This document shows, in pieces, positions 25,979 through 36,390 of a stretch of 56,772 nucleotides of DNA. Within the stretch, counting starts at the first letter, position 1; each line of letters begins with the position of its first letter. This DNA is from Toensbergia leucococca. Lineage: Eukaryota. The notes under the pieces are model-generated. The model was not told the DNA's origin. It did no database searches and was given only the letters and a program-made list of their open reading frames with translations. The position numbers and the translations under genes are program-made. The stretch lies in contig JALDZS010000155.1 of NCBI GenBank assembly GCA_022813965.1, positions 1-56,772 of the forward strand, in the 5' to 3' direction.

Positions 25979-26858
25979 TGTGGTCGAGTGTCGATGCAAT
26001 TATCGACGGAGGTATAGGTAGGCTGCTTTGTTGGTGGTGGTGTAACGGTGAAAGTGGGAGGAGTGCTTCGACAACGGTAGCGTTGTCGGGCGTGAGAAGG
26101 GAGAAGTACCCATTATGATCATGTCTGTCTGTATGTCTGACGTTTCCTTTTTGTAGCCGCCTCTTTCGGGCGCAAGGTCAGGCGGATCGAATTGGCGCCT
26201 GATGGAGAGAGCGGAGGGGATTGGCTCGGTTGCTATTCCGTAGAGTACTCGGTGTTGTGTGCTGGTTGAGGCTGCTGAAGTTGGCAATCAGAAGCGGAGG
26301 ATGAGGGAGGACAGAGAGAGGGGAAAGGAAGGAGGGGCAGAGGTCGGCGGCTGGGAAGGTAGAGAAGTTGCGGTGTGGTGTGTTGGGTGTTGTGTGTTAT
26401 TGCATATGTACAGTAAGCACGAGGCATTGAAATGACTTGGACTGTCGGTGATGGTTTCGTCATCGTGGATGGAGTATCCGCACGAGTAGAATAGATACAA
26501 TAGAATATAAATAATACCAGCCTAATGTAATCTCCGACTCACCTCCTGAACCTACCACCATACCGTATCTTCTCTTGATTGGCTTGCGATGGACTATCTT
26601 AGATATTATGTTGACTGAAGATGACTGACGACTGACTGCTTTACTCCGTACTGCTCTCCGTATCCATGACAATCGTCGCTCTGCTTCAGCCAGTCATTCT
26701 TGAATTGACTTTCTTTCCTTCCTCGCATGTTCCGCGATCTTTGGTTAGCATTACTACTAGGGCACAAAAGCTGCTTTCATGGTCCTCGTACATACATCAG
26801 ACGCCGCTTATTTCGAGTGAAAAGATTGCAAACGATACACGCATCAACCAGCAAAAGC

Positions 26859-28401
26859 ATGAAACGCAAGTCTACCGCCACGGAGCTGCTGTCTACGCCG
26901 AAGCGCCGAAAGGAGCCCGAACCTGACTATTGCGATGCAGAGACGCAGAAGGATGATCATGGATCTGCTGTCTGGCCCGCTCCTCTGAGCGCCATGGAAG
27001 CTGCGAGGATGTTCTTACAGGAGTGGTATGTATGCCACGGCACTGATGACTCTATCAATTGACTTCATTTGTTTGACTGATATTTCTGACTCAAGCGCTG
27101 CCTCTAAATCAAAAACTCTCATCGTTCCCGATAAAGATGCAGATGGTCTCTCCGCTGGTGTAATAATTCACAGGACACTGACTGCACTTGGCCTACCCCA
27201 GCCTCTCATTGACGTGCACCTGCTGAAAAAGGGCTGCAATATTCATGATGAAAGCGAGAGAGTGGCAATGCTCTCTAAAGACCCAAAGTACATCATTGTT
27301 GTTGACCAAGGGAGTCGTTCTGCCCCACCACTTGTGGCCTCTCCTGATGCGAAAGCTTTGATCATAGACCACCACTTGAGTGACGAGTTCCCTGAAAATA
27401 CCCTGGTATTCGCGTCTTCGATTTTTGCATTTTATTGGTCTAGCTAACTGTGCCTCAGATTGTTTCTGCGTGCCACTATCCCCCAGTTGCAACCTCCTCT
27501 CTACTGACTTACGAGATCTGTAAATCATTACATCCAGATATTGCTTCGTCGTGTGATTATCTGTGCGCAATGGGAACCCATGGTGATTTGGGGACTACTT
27601 TGAAATGGAAAGCACCATTTCCGGATATGAAGACGACTTTCAAAATGCATTCAAAGAAAACCATCAATGATGCCGTGTCGTTGGTGAATGCTCGTATGAT
27701 CCCCAAAAGGATTTTGCTGTCAATGCATTGATTAATAGTACTTTAGCAAGACGGACCTCAAAATTCGACGTTGGTTCGGCATGGAATGCACTCCTCGCGG
27801 CCAAGTCTCCCAAAGAAGTCGTGACAAATCCTCGCCTTTTATCAGCCCGCGCTGAGATCAACGAAGAGGTTGAACGTCAAACCCACACGCCTCCCAAATT
27901 CAGCAAGGATGGAAAGATTGCCGTGTTAAGGATTCACAGCGCGGCCCAAGTCCATCCAGTAGTTGCAACGAGATGGGTAAGCCCTCTAAGCTAGTCTTCC
28001 CCCAATGCCATACTTAATCCACCCAGGCAGGTCATCTTCAATCCAAAGCCCTTGAGATCGTACTGGTAGCGAACACAGGCTATCTTCCTTCTCTTGTCAA
28101 CTTTTCCTGCCGTATCGCTGCCTGTGCCCGATCGAAAGATCCGCCAGTGAATATCATTGCTTCCCTAAAGGCAGTAGCAAAGCTGGATACCGGAGATTTG
28201 ATGAAGCGAATGGGTGACAATTTTGCTCGAGGCCATAAAGAAGCTTCTGGTGGTATAATTCCTACCGCTGAATTCGAAGAACTTATGACGTTGATGAAGG
28301 TGGGAGAGAAGCCCGATGCTGTAGGTGGTGAGGCAGCGAAAGCGAAGAAGAGCATCACCCCGCAGAAAAATAATATTATGAACTACTTCGGTAAGAAATG
28401 A
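26859..28401 (+). CDS. DHH-family (RecJ-like) phosphoesterase, 5 exons
   Basis: Motifs PDKDADG, VVDQG, IIDHH, MGTHGD and DHHA1-type RGHKEASGG; four GT-AG introns. An in-frame upstream ATG at 26727 is an alternative start. Confidence 0.88.
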
Positions 28402-29427
28402 ATATTTTGATATTCTTTCCGCGGCCTTGACTGCCGCTGGCAAAGATGTCAAATAGAGTCTCTCGTTACCGTATCCGCGATCCAGGTTGAGTCAACGAGG
28501 CTATGCTACACACATTCGTCCATACCTCGAGGCTCAACAAGTGACTAGACTGGTTCGTTCTGGAACTGACGGCATTATAGTGGTATGGCCGTATGACGAA
28601 GAAACCCGTATTCAGTTCTTATATCTAGTGTTAACGTTACGCAGCAAAGACTCACAGCTCTAGCTTTGAGATGATACACCAAAGAACTAGCTGTCGGGCG
28701 TCAACAACAAGCTCAGCTTGCGCTGGCCCGTGATGCAGACGTGACAGCATCGTTTACAAGAAAGTACCTCGGAAATTCATCTGTTCATACTGATGAATTG
28801 GCAATTCAACCGAGTCATCAACTAGGCTCGTCATTTTCATTCTCAATACATGTGTTCGTTTCCACTGGCATATAATTGAAATCGTCGTCAACACCCACTG
28901 TCGAGCTCCTCCTGCTTGAATGATGATGTTCTTTCTACAAAATTAAAACTTCCTCTTCTAAGAAAAGCCACACTCGAAGAACCGAGAAAGATGTAAGTTA
29001 GGCACTTAAATCTGTCAAATTCTCTCACCTTTCCCTATCAAAACTCCTTCCACTTTTTCGGACCATATCTTTTTCGTTGATCAAGCGCCAGAGGTTTTAT
29101 TATCATTCTTAAGATATGTGGACTACCAACTTCAATGATGCCCTGCCACGCACACTATCTAAGGAGTAAATAGAAAAAGTCTGCAGCTGAAGATTGAGTT
29201 GTTTGAACATTACGACTCTACGTCATGACGGATCGGACTTAAGTACCTTAGTCAATGGTCTGCACCGCCGTAACGCTGAATCCTACGGCTCTCCGCGACT
29301 TCCTCCAGATTCGAGGGATGCTTGAATATGAATACTCAACAATTCGTGGAACAACAGCAATATCATTAAGAGTATCAATCCTAATCCCGCGCTCCTTTCC
29401 AACACCACAAAAGCCAGTATCGACAAC

Positions 29428-30661
29428 ATGTCTACCTCGGATCAAGTCATCAATGATACTGCTTTTCACCCAGATGCCATTGATCTTTCTACAAAGGATT
29501 TCAATGCATATGTCATCAACCATGCAGACGACTGGCCGAAATGGTGGGATGTAAGCGCCTCTCTTCTCTTTGCCTTTTATGATTGGCTCGCCCTTGTTCC
29601 CACACACCTTTCCTTCTTATTTCTAATTTCAATCTCCGGGCATTGTGAGATGGGCGCAAAAGAGTATCGACGTCTTCAGGACGCAGGGAAGACCTCATGG
29701 CCTGCTCCAGCCCAACTTGACTACGCCAGAAATATCTACCTTCCTTCCCGTGAAAGCAAACGCGATATCAGAAGTAGACTGGTTGAGCCTTCAAACGGAA
29801 TAGCGAAAGGAGTCTTCCTTCATATGCGTGGTGATGGTTATGCCCTGGGACATGCGGACTGGTATAGCTCTCTTTCTAGTTGTCCTCGAAGTGAGCGAGT
29901 ACTGGGTGCCGTTGAATGAACTCGGTGTAAGGCAAGATCTCCTCGATCGCGTTGCAAAAGCGACTAGCCTAGCTATGATCTCGGTGGAATATCGCCTTGC
30001 CCCCGAGCACCCTTTCCCTGCCGGGCCCGAGGATGCCTACGATGTAGCCGAGTACCTTGTCAATAATTCCGACTCGGTATACGGAGGACCTCTGAAATTT
30101 ATCGGGGCCGAGTCCGCTGGAGCAACGCTTTCTGTTCTTGCCGTCTCACACCTTTTAGCTACTCGGCCAGATTTTGCACTTGCTGGAACGGTACTCTTTT
30201 ATGGTCTCTTCAATCTGAGCCTGGCCCCAAGTGAGTGTGGAATGAATATCCCGCTCGTCATGACTGCAAGCGATATTGATAACTTTTTGGATGCTTACTT
30301 GCCAAATACGATCGCTACGGAACGCAGGAACCCGGCAATATCACCAATTTATCACGAAATATTCCGCTGCCCAAATGTAGCATCTTTGAGTACTGGCACC
30401 AACGACGCTTCTGGTGATCAGGGACGCGCTGCAGTCCAAAGGGGTAATCTACCTCCAGCCATGTTCATTGTCGGAACATTGGATTGCGTGGTAGACGATC
30501 AAATACTCATGAGCTTTAAGTGGTAGGTTGCCGGGGGTGAAGCAAGGGTCAATTTTGTTGCAGGCGCTCCCCATGCGTTCATGCTTATAGAAGACTCGAG
30601 GTTCAAGCTTGCTGCTAAGGGATAGGCGGCAATGGAAGTGTTTCTGTTGGAGAAGATGTAA
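29428..30661 (+). pseudogene. HSL-family (abhydrolase_3) esterase/lipase, probably disabled
   Basis: SVEYRLAPEHPFPAGPED, GAESAG and GTLD are present. The HGGG motif reads HMRGDG. In-frame TAGs at 30524-26 and 30623-25; the first precedes the catalytic-His motif GAPHAF. Likely ancestral stop at 30659-61. Confidence 0.82.
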
Positions 30662-31094
30662 ATAGCCTAGGGTTCTCTCGATGGAGATCGCTCGTTGCAT
30701 ACCTATCGTAGCAACCATTTAGCTCTACTGTCTGTTGCGTCTGACAGTGCTTTGAAGTTCCTTAGAATCATTCTCGGTATTCCCTCGTCAATCACATCAG
30801 CTTGTTGGTATAAGATTGAACCTAACGCTACACAGCCATCTCAATATCAACTGCAAATTATGACTTACGTTGGCCTAAGCGAGGGTAAGTATTGACTATG
30901 ACTCATCTTCTACTTGGCTGCCTAAAAGACTGACCTTAAGGCTGTGTATGAGGATATAATGGGCTTCTCTTTCTGAGATGATAAGTCCATTGACAGGATC
31001 ATTCTAAATTCTCACAACTTCCTTTGGCTGGCTTTTCCTCTAGCTCAAACTCGTAGTGGCTTCATTCCTGTCTTTTTGAATCAACGCAAAAGCC

Positions 31095-31778
31095 ATGGTA
31101 CCTTTAGAAATTCACGTTCAGGGGACCTCCGTCCTCCAAAGACCAGCTGAAAGAGGGGCCTTGTCCGTCGCAGTCTCATCAGATGGATTATCTCAAGAAA
31201 TGGTATCCAAACAGATAACCTCGACCTCCAACCAACTCCAAAACATGTTCAAAGAGCTCGCCCCCAAAACCGAAGCAGGCCTACCGACTGAGACAGCGCC
31301 GGTCACTGTCTTCTCCATGACCTCTGTTCGAACACGGTCGTGGATCCCGGAAGACAAAGATGGGAATCCCCTCTTTCGAAAATATGAAGCTAGCACGCAA
31401 TTTGAGGTCATCTTCCGCGACTTTGACAGGCTGGGCCAGGTCGCCACTACCCTTTTGACCATGCCCCACGCTGAGATCAAAAGCACCTCCTGGCGACTCA
31501 CAGACGAGACCATGGAGAGCATGGGCTCCGAGTCTCGACAAATGGCTATGCGTAATGCGGTGCAGAAGGCGACGGACTACGCTGATGTCGTGGGGCGGAA
31601 GGTCGTTGCTGTGGAGATTACGGATCAGTATTCTTCGACCCGGGGAAGGGCAACGCAGTCGCTTGGAAGGTCCGGGGAAAGGGGGACGAAGACTAGTGTG
31701 TCTGTGAACAGTCTTGTGCTGAAACCGGAGGACGTGGAGTTGAGCGCTTCGGTGGATGTGAGATTTGTTTCTGAGTGA
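31095..31778 (+). CDS. SIMPL (DUF541) domain protein, intronless
   Basis: IHVQGTSVLQRPAERGALSVAV...YEASTQFEVIFRDF...RQMAMRNAVQKATDYA...LKPEDVELSASVDVRF follows the SIMPL pattern. Confidence 0.82.
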   Translation: MVPLEIHVQGTSVLQRPAERGALSVAVSSDGLSQEMVSKQITSTSNQLQNMFKELAPKTEAGLPTETAPVTVFSMTSVRTRSWIPEDKDGNPLFRKYEASTQFEVIFRDFDRLGQVATTLLTMPHAEIKSTSWRLTDETMESMGSESRQMAMRNAVQKATDYADVVGRKVVAVEITDQYSSTRGRATQSLGRSGERGTKTSVSVNSLVLKPEDVELSASVDVRFVSE

Positions 31779-31914
31779 CTGATGGCCATGTCACGGGAGT
31801 GAGGCACAGGGAGTTCTTGTGTTGGGAATCTATCTACTTACCTCATAATTTCAAGGCTTTTGATAGTTTGAATATTTAGTTTGAGACCTCAAACTGCACT
31901 GACTACCTAGTTTG

Positions 31915-32604
31915 TAGTGTAGTTTAAATCCTTAACTAGTTCACTAGTAGTGAACTGATAGTTCAACTAATAGTTTATGCCCTTATCATCACTCAAAGTA
32001 GTCATCAGTGTATGATAATTCTTCTCTGTAAATATATTAATTTGAAATCAACTCTTTAGACACTTCAGTATCTTAATTGTATTACACTTAAGAATATATC
32101 ATTGATTTAAAAGAATATGCTTAGTCTCAGAAAAGATCTGTTTAGATTCAGAAGACATTACAGATATAAAGTATAGATTAATCACTATCTTAAATAATTA
32201 AGAAAATCAGTCTTATTGTTTAGACATTAGTCCTTAATCAAGAGCTATTTATGTTTCATTCAGAAGAACAAGAAAATCACTTACTCAAAGAGTTAAATTA
32301 GTTATTGAGTAAAAGAATAAATAAGTTAAGTCACTTAAATAGATATTAAGTTCATTATTAGTATTATAGTGTGACTGTTTTTCTTATCTCTTGTTCTTTC
32401 ACATTCAGAACTAATTATTGATATTCTCAGTCAGAGTTCTGAGACATTATTTCTGTTTAAATATAGATTTATAAGTAATCTCTCAGTATTATCTCATAAA
32501 TATTCTTATGTTTGATTGTTAGTTTAAGTCTTAGTTATTAAAATATGATCATTTATAGATAAAATTTAGTATTATAACTGCTACATAAGCAGGTAATTGT
32601 TTAG
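31915..32604 (-). mobile_element. hAT-family transposase C-terminal relic (dimerisation domain) with probable terminus
   Basis: Minus strand reads QLPAYVAVIILNFIYK*SYF ... LYFISVMSSESKQIFSETKHILLNQ*YILKCNTIKILKCLKS*F. This is a transition-mutated form of the hAT motifs Y.AA..LDP..KW.YF and SIPAMS.EPER.FS.AK...D.R..L...TIE.LECLKSW. TAGTG at 31915 is a candidate end, with short TAGTTCA/TGAACT subterminal repeats. Truncated by the LTR at 32605. Confidence 0.8.
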
Positions 32605-32829
32605 TGTCATGGTGCAAGGCCAAGAGGCCTGCCAAGGCCTTGGACCCTGCCTAGTCACGCGTTAGCGTGCTCCTTTTTGTCTGAGGTTAAATAACCTTTC
32701 AACCTCGTTCTCCTCTTGTTTCCTTCGTCTTTCGTCCTGTATAGTACTCAGTACATAGATCAAGCCTTATCATAGTTTCTAAACCCCTGATACAGCTGTG
32801 CTGTTCTTGCCTAAGCCCAGTTCCTGACA
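32605..32829 (+). mobile_element. LTR, family A copy 1 (225 bp)
   Basis: TGTCA...TGACA termini; GC-normal inside an AT-rich island; near-identical inverted copy at 34369-34593; flanks TTTAG and AAGGA do not match, so no TSD. Strand is relative only. Confidence 0.8.
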
Positions 32830-33151
32830 AAGGAGGTCACTGAAGCATCTTAGTGTTACAGCAACTGAAGGTTTTATAGAAGTCCTGACAATAAATTTCA
32901 GGCTACTTAATTCTAATAAAAAGTCACTGACAATAAATATTGATGTAGTAGAAAAAGAAAAGGTCATAGAACTTCCGTCATTATTAGCAACATATTTATG
33001 TCATTTAGTAGTTCTTGTGTTATTATCTGTTACAGTTCTGTTATCACTCACTGTCATTCTATCATCACTTACTGCCTTAGACTGTAATAACACATTTTTT
33101 TATTACTCATCAGTCACTAAGAATCTAAGTTAAAAGAGAATGACTTTCTAA

Positions 33152-33382
33152 TGTAAAAAGTCTGCAGCAGAATCATAAGAGCATGAAGAAGCTTTTTTAT
33201 GTGAGGTGTGTTGTTATAGTGTTTCTTTTATACTTAGGGCTAAATTAGTTAGACAAGGATAAGTAAGTCAAGAACTTTAAGTGACTTGACCTAGTCACAG
33301 TATATCTAGTAGCTTCACACTTAGATAGTAAGTCATCTTCTAATTACACTCAGAATTCAGAATTTTATAAGAGACCCTTACA
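33152..33382. mobile_element. Possible older RIP-mutated solo LTR
   Basis: Begins TGTAAAAAGTCT and ends AGACCCTTACA (imperfect inverted ends; same CCCTTACA ending as the LTR at 35727-35877). The Fot1 relic starts immediately after it. No clear TSD. Confidence 0.4.
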
Positions 33383-33384
33383 CT

Positions 33385-34020
33385 CATAGTACACATTCTT
33401 TAGTTATTAGATGTTGAATTTTTTAAATTATTAGTGTCTTATTATTAAAAACATTTTAAAAAAAAACATCTGATACAGAGCTGATTACTATATAAACAAA
33501 AATAAGTTCATTCACTGAATTCAGTTAGTTAGAATAAACGCAGCAAGCAAAGATAACATTATACATGCATAAGAGAAAAGTAAACTTTTTTCTAACAATT
33601 TAGACACTGTTTTTCAAGGGCTAAGACTTAAGAAAAATTGATCAGTTACACTTTTATATATTACAGTTACAGCATCTAATGAGCAAGCTATAACTATATC
33701 ATTTATCTCATTAAATGTAACTAAGATAAATAACATAATATAAAAAATCAAGTCACAGAAATTAGAAGATCTTAATGCAGCAGCATTAGTAAGAAAATTT
33801 GATAAAGCATATAAATCAGCCTTTGTAACAAGCATTTTACTTAAGAAAACAATTGATGATCTTAAAAGGGTTAAGAAACAGAAGAAAGATCATAAATCTT
33901 ACTTCAGAGCACAGTATAGTAATGATCAGCTGATAAATCTTTCAGTGATTCAAAAATAAAAGAAAGAAATAGCTGCAAAAGAGAAGAAAATAAAAGATAA
34001 GAAAGATGAGTAAGAGTTTC
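33385..34020 (+). mobile_element. Fot1/pogo (DDE_1) transposase C-terminal relic
   Basis: HSTH..*LLDVEFFKLL corresponds to HSTH.LQPLDVG.FKPL; AASKDNIIHA*EKSKLFS corresponds to NI..AW.KSGLFP; followed by a Lys/Glu-rich helical tail. RIP-type stops throughout. Confidence 0.78.
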
Positions 34021-34022
34021 AA

Positions 34023-34190
34023 AAAGAGATAGAGATAAAAGAGATAAAGATGAAAGAGATAGAGATGAAAGAGATAGAGATAAAAGAGATAGAGATAAAA
34101 GAGATAGAGATAAAAGAGATAGAGATAAAAGAGATAGAGATGAAAGAGATAGAGATAAAAGAGATAGAGATGAAAGAGATAGAGATAGAG
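34023..34190 (+). repeat. 15-bp purine-rich minisatellite (GAT[A/G]AAAGAGATAGA), about 11 copies
   Basis: Directly visible; followed by a 21-bp duplication (CAGTAAGAATAGAAGATAATG x2) at about 34209-34250. Confidence 0.9.
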
Positions 34191-34368
34191 ATAAAGGTAA
34201 AGGTAATACAGTAAGAATAGAAGATAATGCAGTAAGAATAGAAGATAATGAGGTGATAGTGAAAGAGACAATAGAAGATAAAAATGATAAGGTGATAGAG
34301 ATAATAAAGAAGAAGATGACTGAAGATGAGAATAATGAAATGACAGAGGAGGAGATAACTAAAGATAA

Positions 34369-34593
34369 TGTCAGGAACTGGGCTTAGGCAAGAACAGCAC
34401 AGCTGTATCAGGGGTTTAGGAACTATGATAAGGCTTGATCTAGGTACTGAGTACTATACAGGACGAAAGACGAAGGAAACAAGAGGAGAACGAGGTTGAA
34501 AGGTTATTTAACCTCAGACGAAAAGGAGCACGCTAACGCGTGACTAGGCAGGGTCCAAGGCCTCGGCAGGCCTCTTGGCCTTGCACCATGACA
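34369..34593 (-). mobile_element. LTR, family A copy 2 (inverted relative to copy 1), probable solo LTR
   Basis: Reverse complement of 32605-32829 with about 4 substitutions counted by eye; flanked on both sides by ATAA (possible 4-bp TSD, weak in AT-rich DNA). Confidence 0.8.
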
Positions 34594-35179
34594 ATAACAT
34601 ATAACTCACTAAAGACTCTAAGATATTACTGATTATTGCTTAATATAAGGTAATACTCAGTAATAAGATGATAAAATCAAATAATTCAGATAGTTAATTA
34701 TAAGTTATAATGATTAATTATTTTAAAAAATAGATTTGAACTTAAGATAATAATTTTCTTAAATAGATAGAGTTTATTAACGTAATAAAAGAACTTTACA
34801 TATTTTAGAATTTAGTGCATGCAATTTATCTATAAAATCTTGACACTGCAGATTTGTAATACTGTAGTGTAGCAGGACTCTTGCTACACTCAATTAAAAT
34901 AGTAAGTAATATAAACAAGTATATAGATAGTACTAGATCTTAATATAAATAAAATAGTAATATTATTAATATACTTTATAGTAGAATTAATTGCTAAGAA
35001 AGCAGAATGAGATAAAAGTGAGAATCTCTCTATAAGCATAATACACTAATAGTATCATAACATAACATCTAATCATTCATCAGCTTTTATCAGATTTTAT
35101 ACCAATCACTTTAGAACTTCTAGTGCTAACTATTATTTACATCAGATCTATAGTTATTGAATGCACATTAAAGAACTAT

Positions 35180-36390
35180 AAGATTCTCTCTCATCTTTAT
35201 CTCAATACTTATGCCTACATTATATTTACATTAAATTTAGTACTGTAAGCACAAGAGCTTTTAGAGAATCATCTAAGAACATTATTCAGTAAAAAAGTAT
35301 TACTTATCTATAGATTCTAGCAGTATTGTGAGTTATGACTGCAGTATGTCAATTTTAAGAAAGAAGAACTATTATTACTCATATTAAACTATTAATGTGA
35401 CAAATCTATCAATATGACATACTAATCTGATTAGAAAAACTAGTATTTTTTTTACTTATCACTCCCTTATTTTCTTTTTTTTATCAACATCTTATTTACA
35501 ACATTAATAATCAGTAGTTATAACAGCTCAGTATATATGTATGTAACTATCTATGTCTTATTATTACATACTAATCACATACTAATTATATAGACTTTCT
35601 CAATAACTTTTCTATCAAAAATTAGCTCTTATAAATCAATGATAATATTATCTTCAAACTTTAACTAAGCAATATAACTATTATTTTTATTACTGACATA
35701 ATAATAATTATTAATACTACTTTAACTGTCACGGTTCTATCTTAGGTTAGCGTCCCCGGGCCCGGATCATCGATTGTTCCGGCCCCACACACTAGATATT
35801 CGCAATCCTAGCACGTAGAACGCCAGCAAGGAGACAACATAGCAAGGGGATCACCACTATCATTTTGAACCCTTACATTAACTGACTGAGTAAATTATTA
35901 TAGTATTAATAATCATTGTTATGTTAGTAACAGAAATGATAGTTATGTTGCTTAGTTAAAGTTTGAAGACAATATTATTATTGACTTGTAAGGGCTGATA
36001 TTTAATAAAAAAGTTGTTAAGAAAGTCTATATGATTATTATATATTGTTAAGAGATAGATAAATAGTCACATACAGATGTACTGAGCTGTTATGACTACT
36101 GATAATGAGATGTTGATAAAAAGAAAGAAAATAAGGGGGTAATAAGAGAAAAAAAAAGACTAGTGTTTCTGATTAAGTTAGTGTGTTACAAAGTTAAGTT
36201 TACCGCATTAATGAGTTATTATGAGTACTGTTAAAATCTCTAAAGTCTTTATAAGTGTTACTCACCTACTGAATGATGTTATCAAATGCTTCAGAGTGAT
36301 TCCTCAGTGAATATCAAGCTTACCTACAGTACTAATTTGATGTAGGTATGATGGAGGCTTAGGAGTTGAGGTGAAGGTGAGGGGGGATCT
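35180..36390. repeat. Long degenerate inverted repeat (arms about 35180-35720 and 35898-36390)
   Basis: The reverse complement of the left arm aligns to the right arm with mostly transitions, e.g. GCTTAGTTAAAGTTTGAAGA, TACTGAGCTGTTA, TACAGTACTAA. Confidence 0.85.
35727..35877. mobile_element. Solo LTR, family B (151 bp), with 5-bp TSD
   Basis: TGTCACGGTTC...GAACCCTTACA imperfect inverted ends; TTAAC direct repeat at 35722-26 and 35878-82; GC-normal. Confidence 0.88.

Larger units (their letters stand above)
31870..36390. repeat. AT-rich RIP-mutated repeat island of nested transposon relics
   Basis: Abrupt drop in GC, TpA excess, and reading frames broken by TAA/TAG/TGA at Q/R/W positions; contains the elements listed next. 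Confidence 0.92.

Noticed and set aside
32090..32140. Copia RNase H motif (TKHI)
   Set aside because: The wider context fits the hAT dimerisation domain much better.
33942..34271. Hydrophobic (LYLFY)n ORF resembling a membrane protein
   Set aside because: It is only the antisense reading of the purine minisatellite.
32605..34593. A single Mutator-like element with 225-bp TIRs, or an inversion already completed between the LTRs
   Set aside because: Each repeat has its own TGTCA...TGACA ends; there is no 8-10-bp outer TSD; flanks do not show the swapped reverse-complement TSD pattern an inversion would leave.
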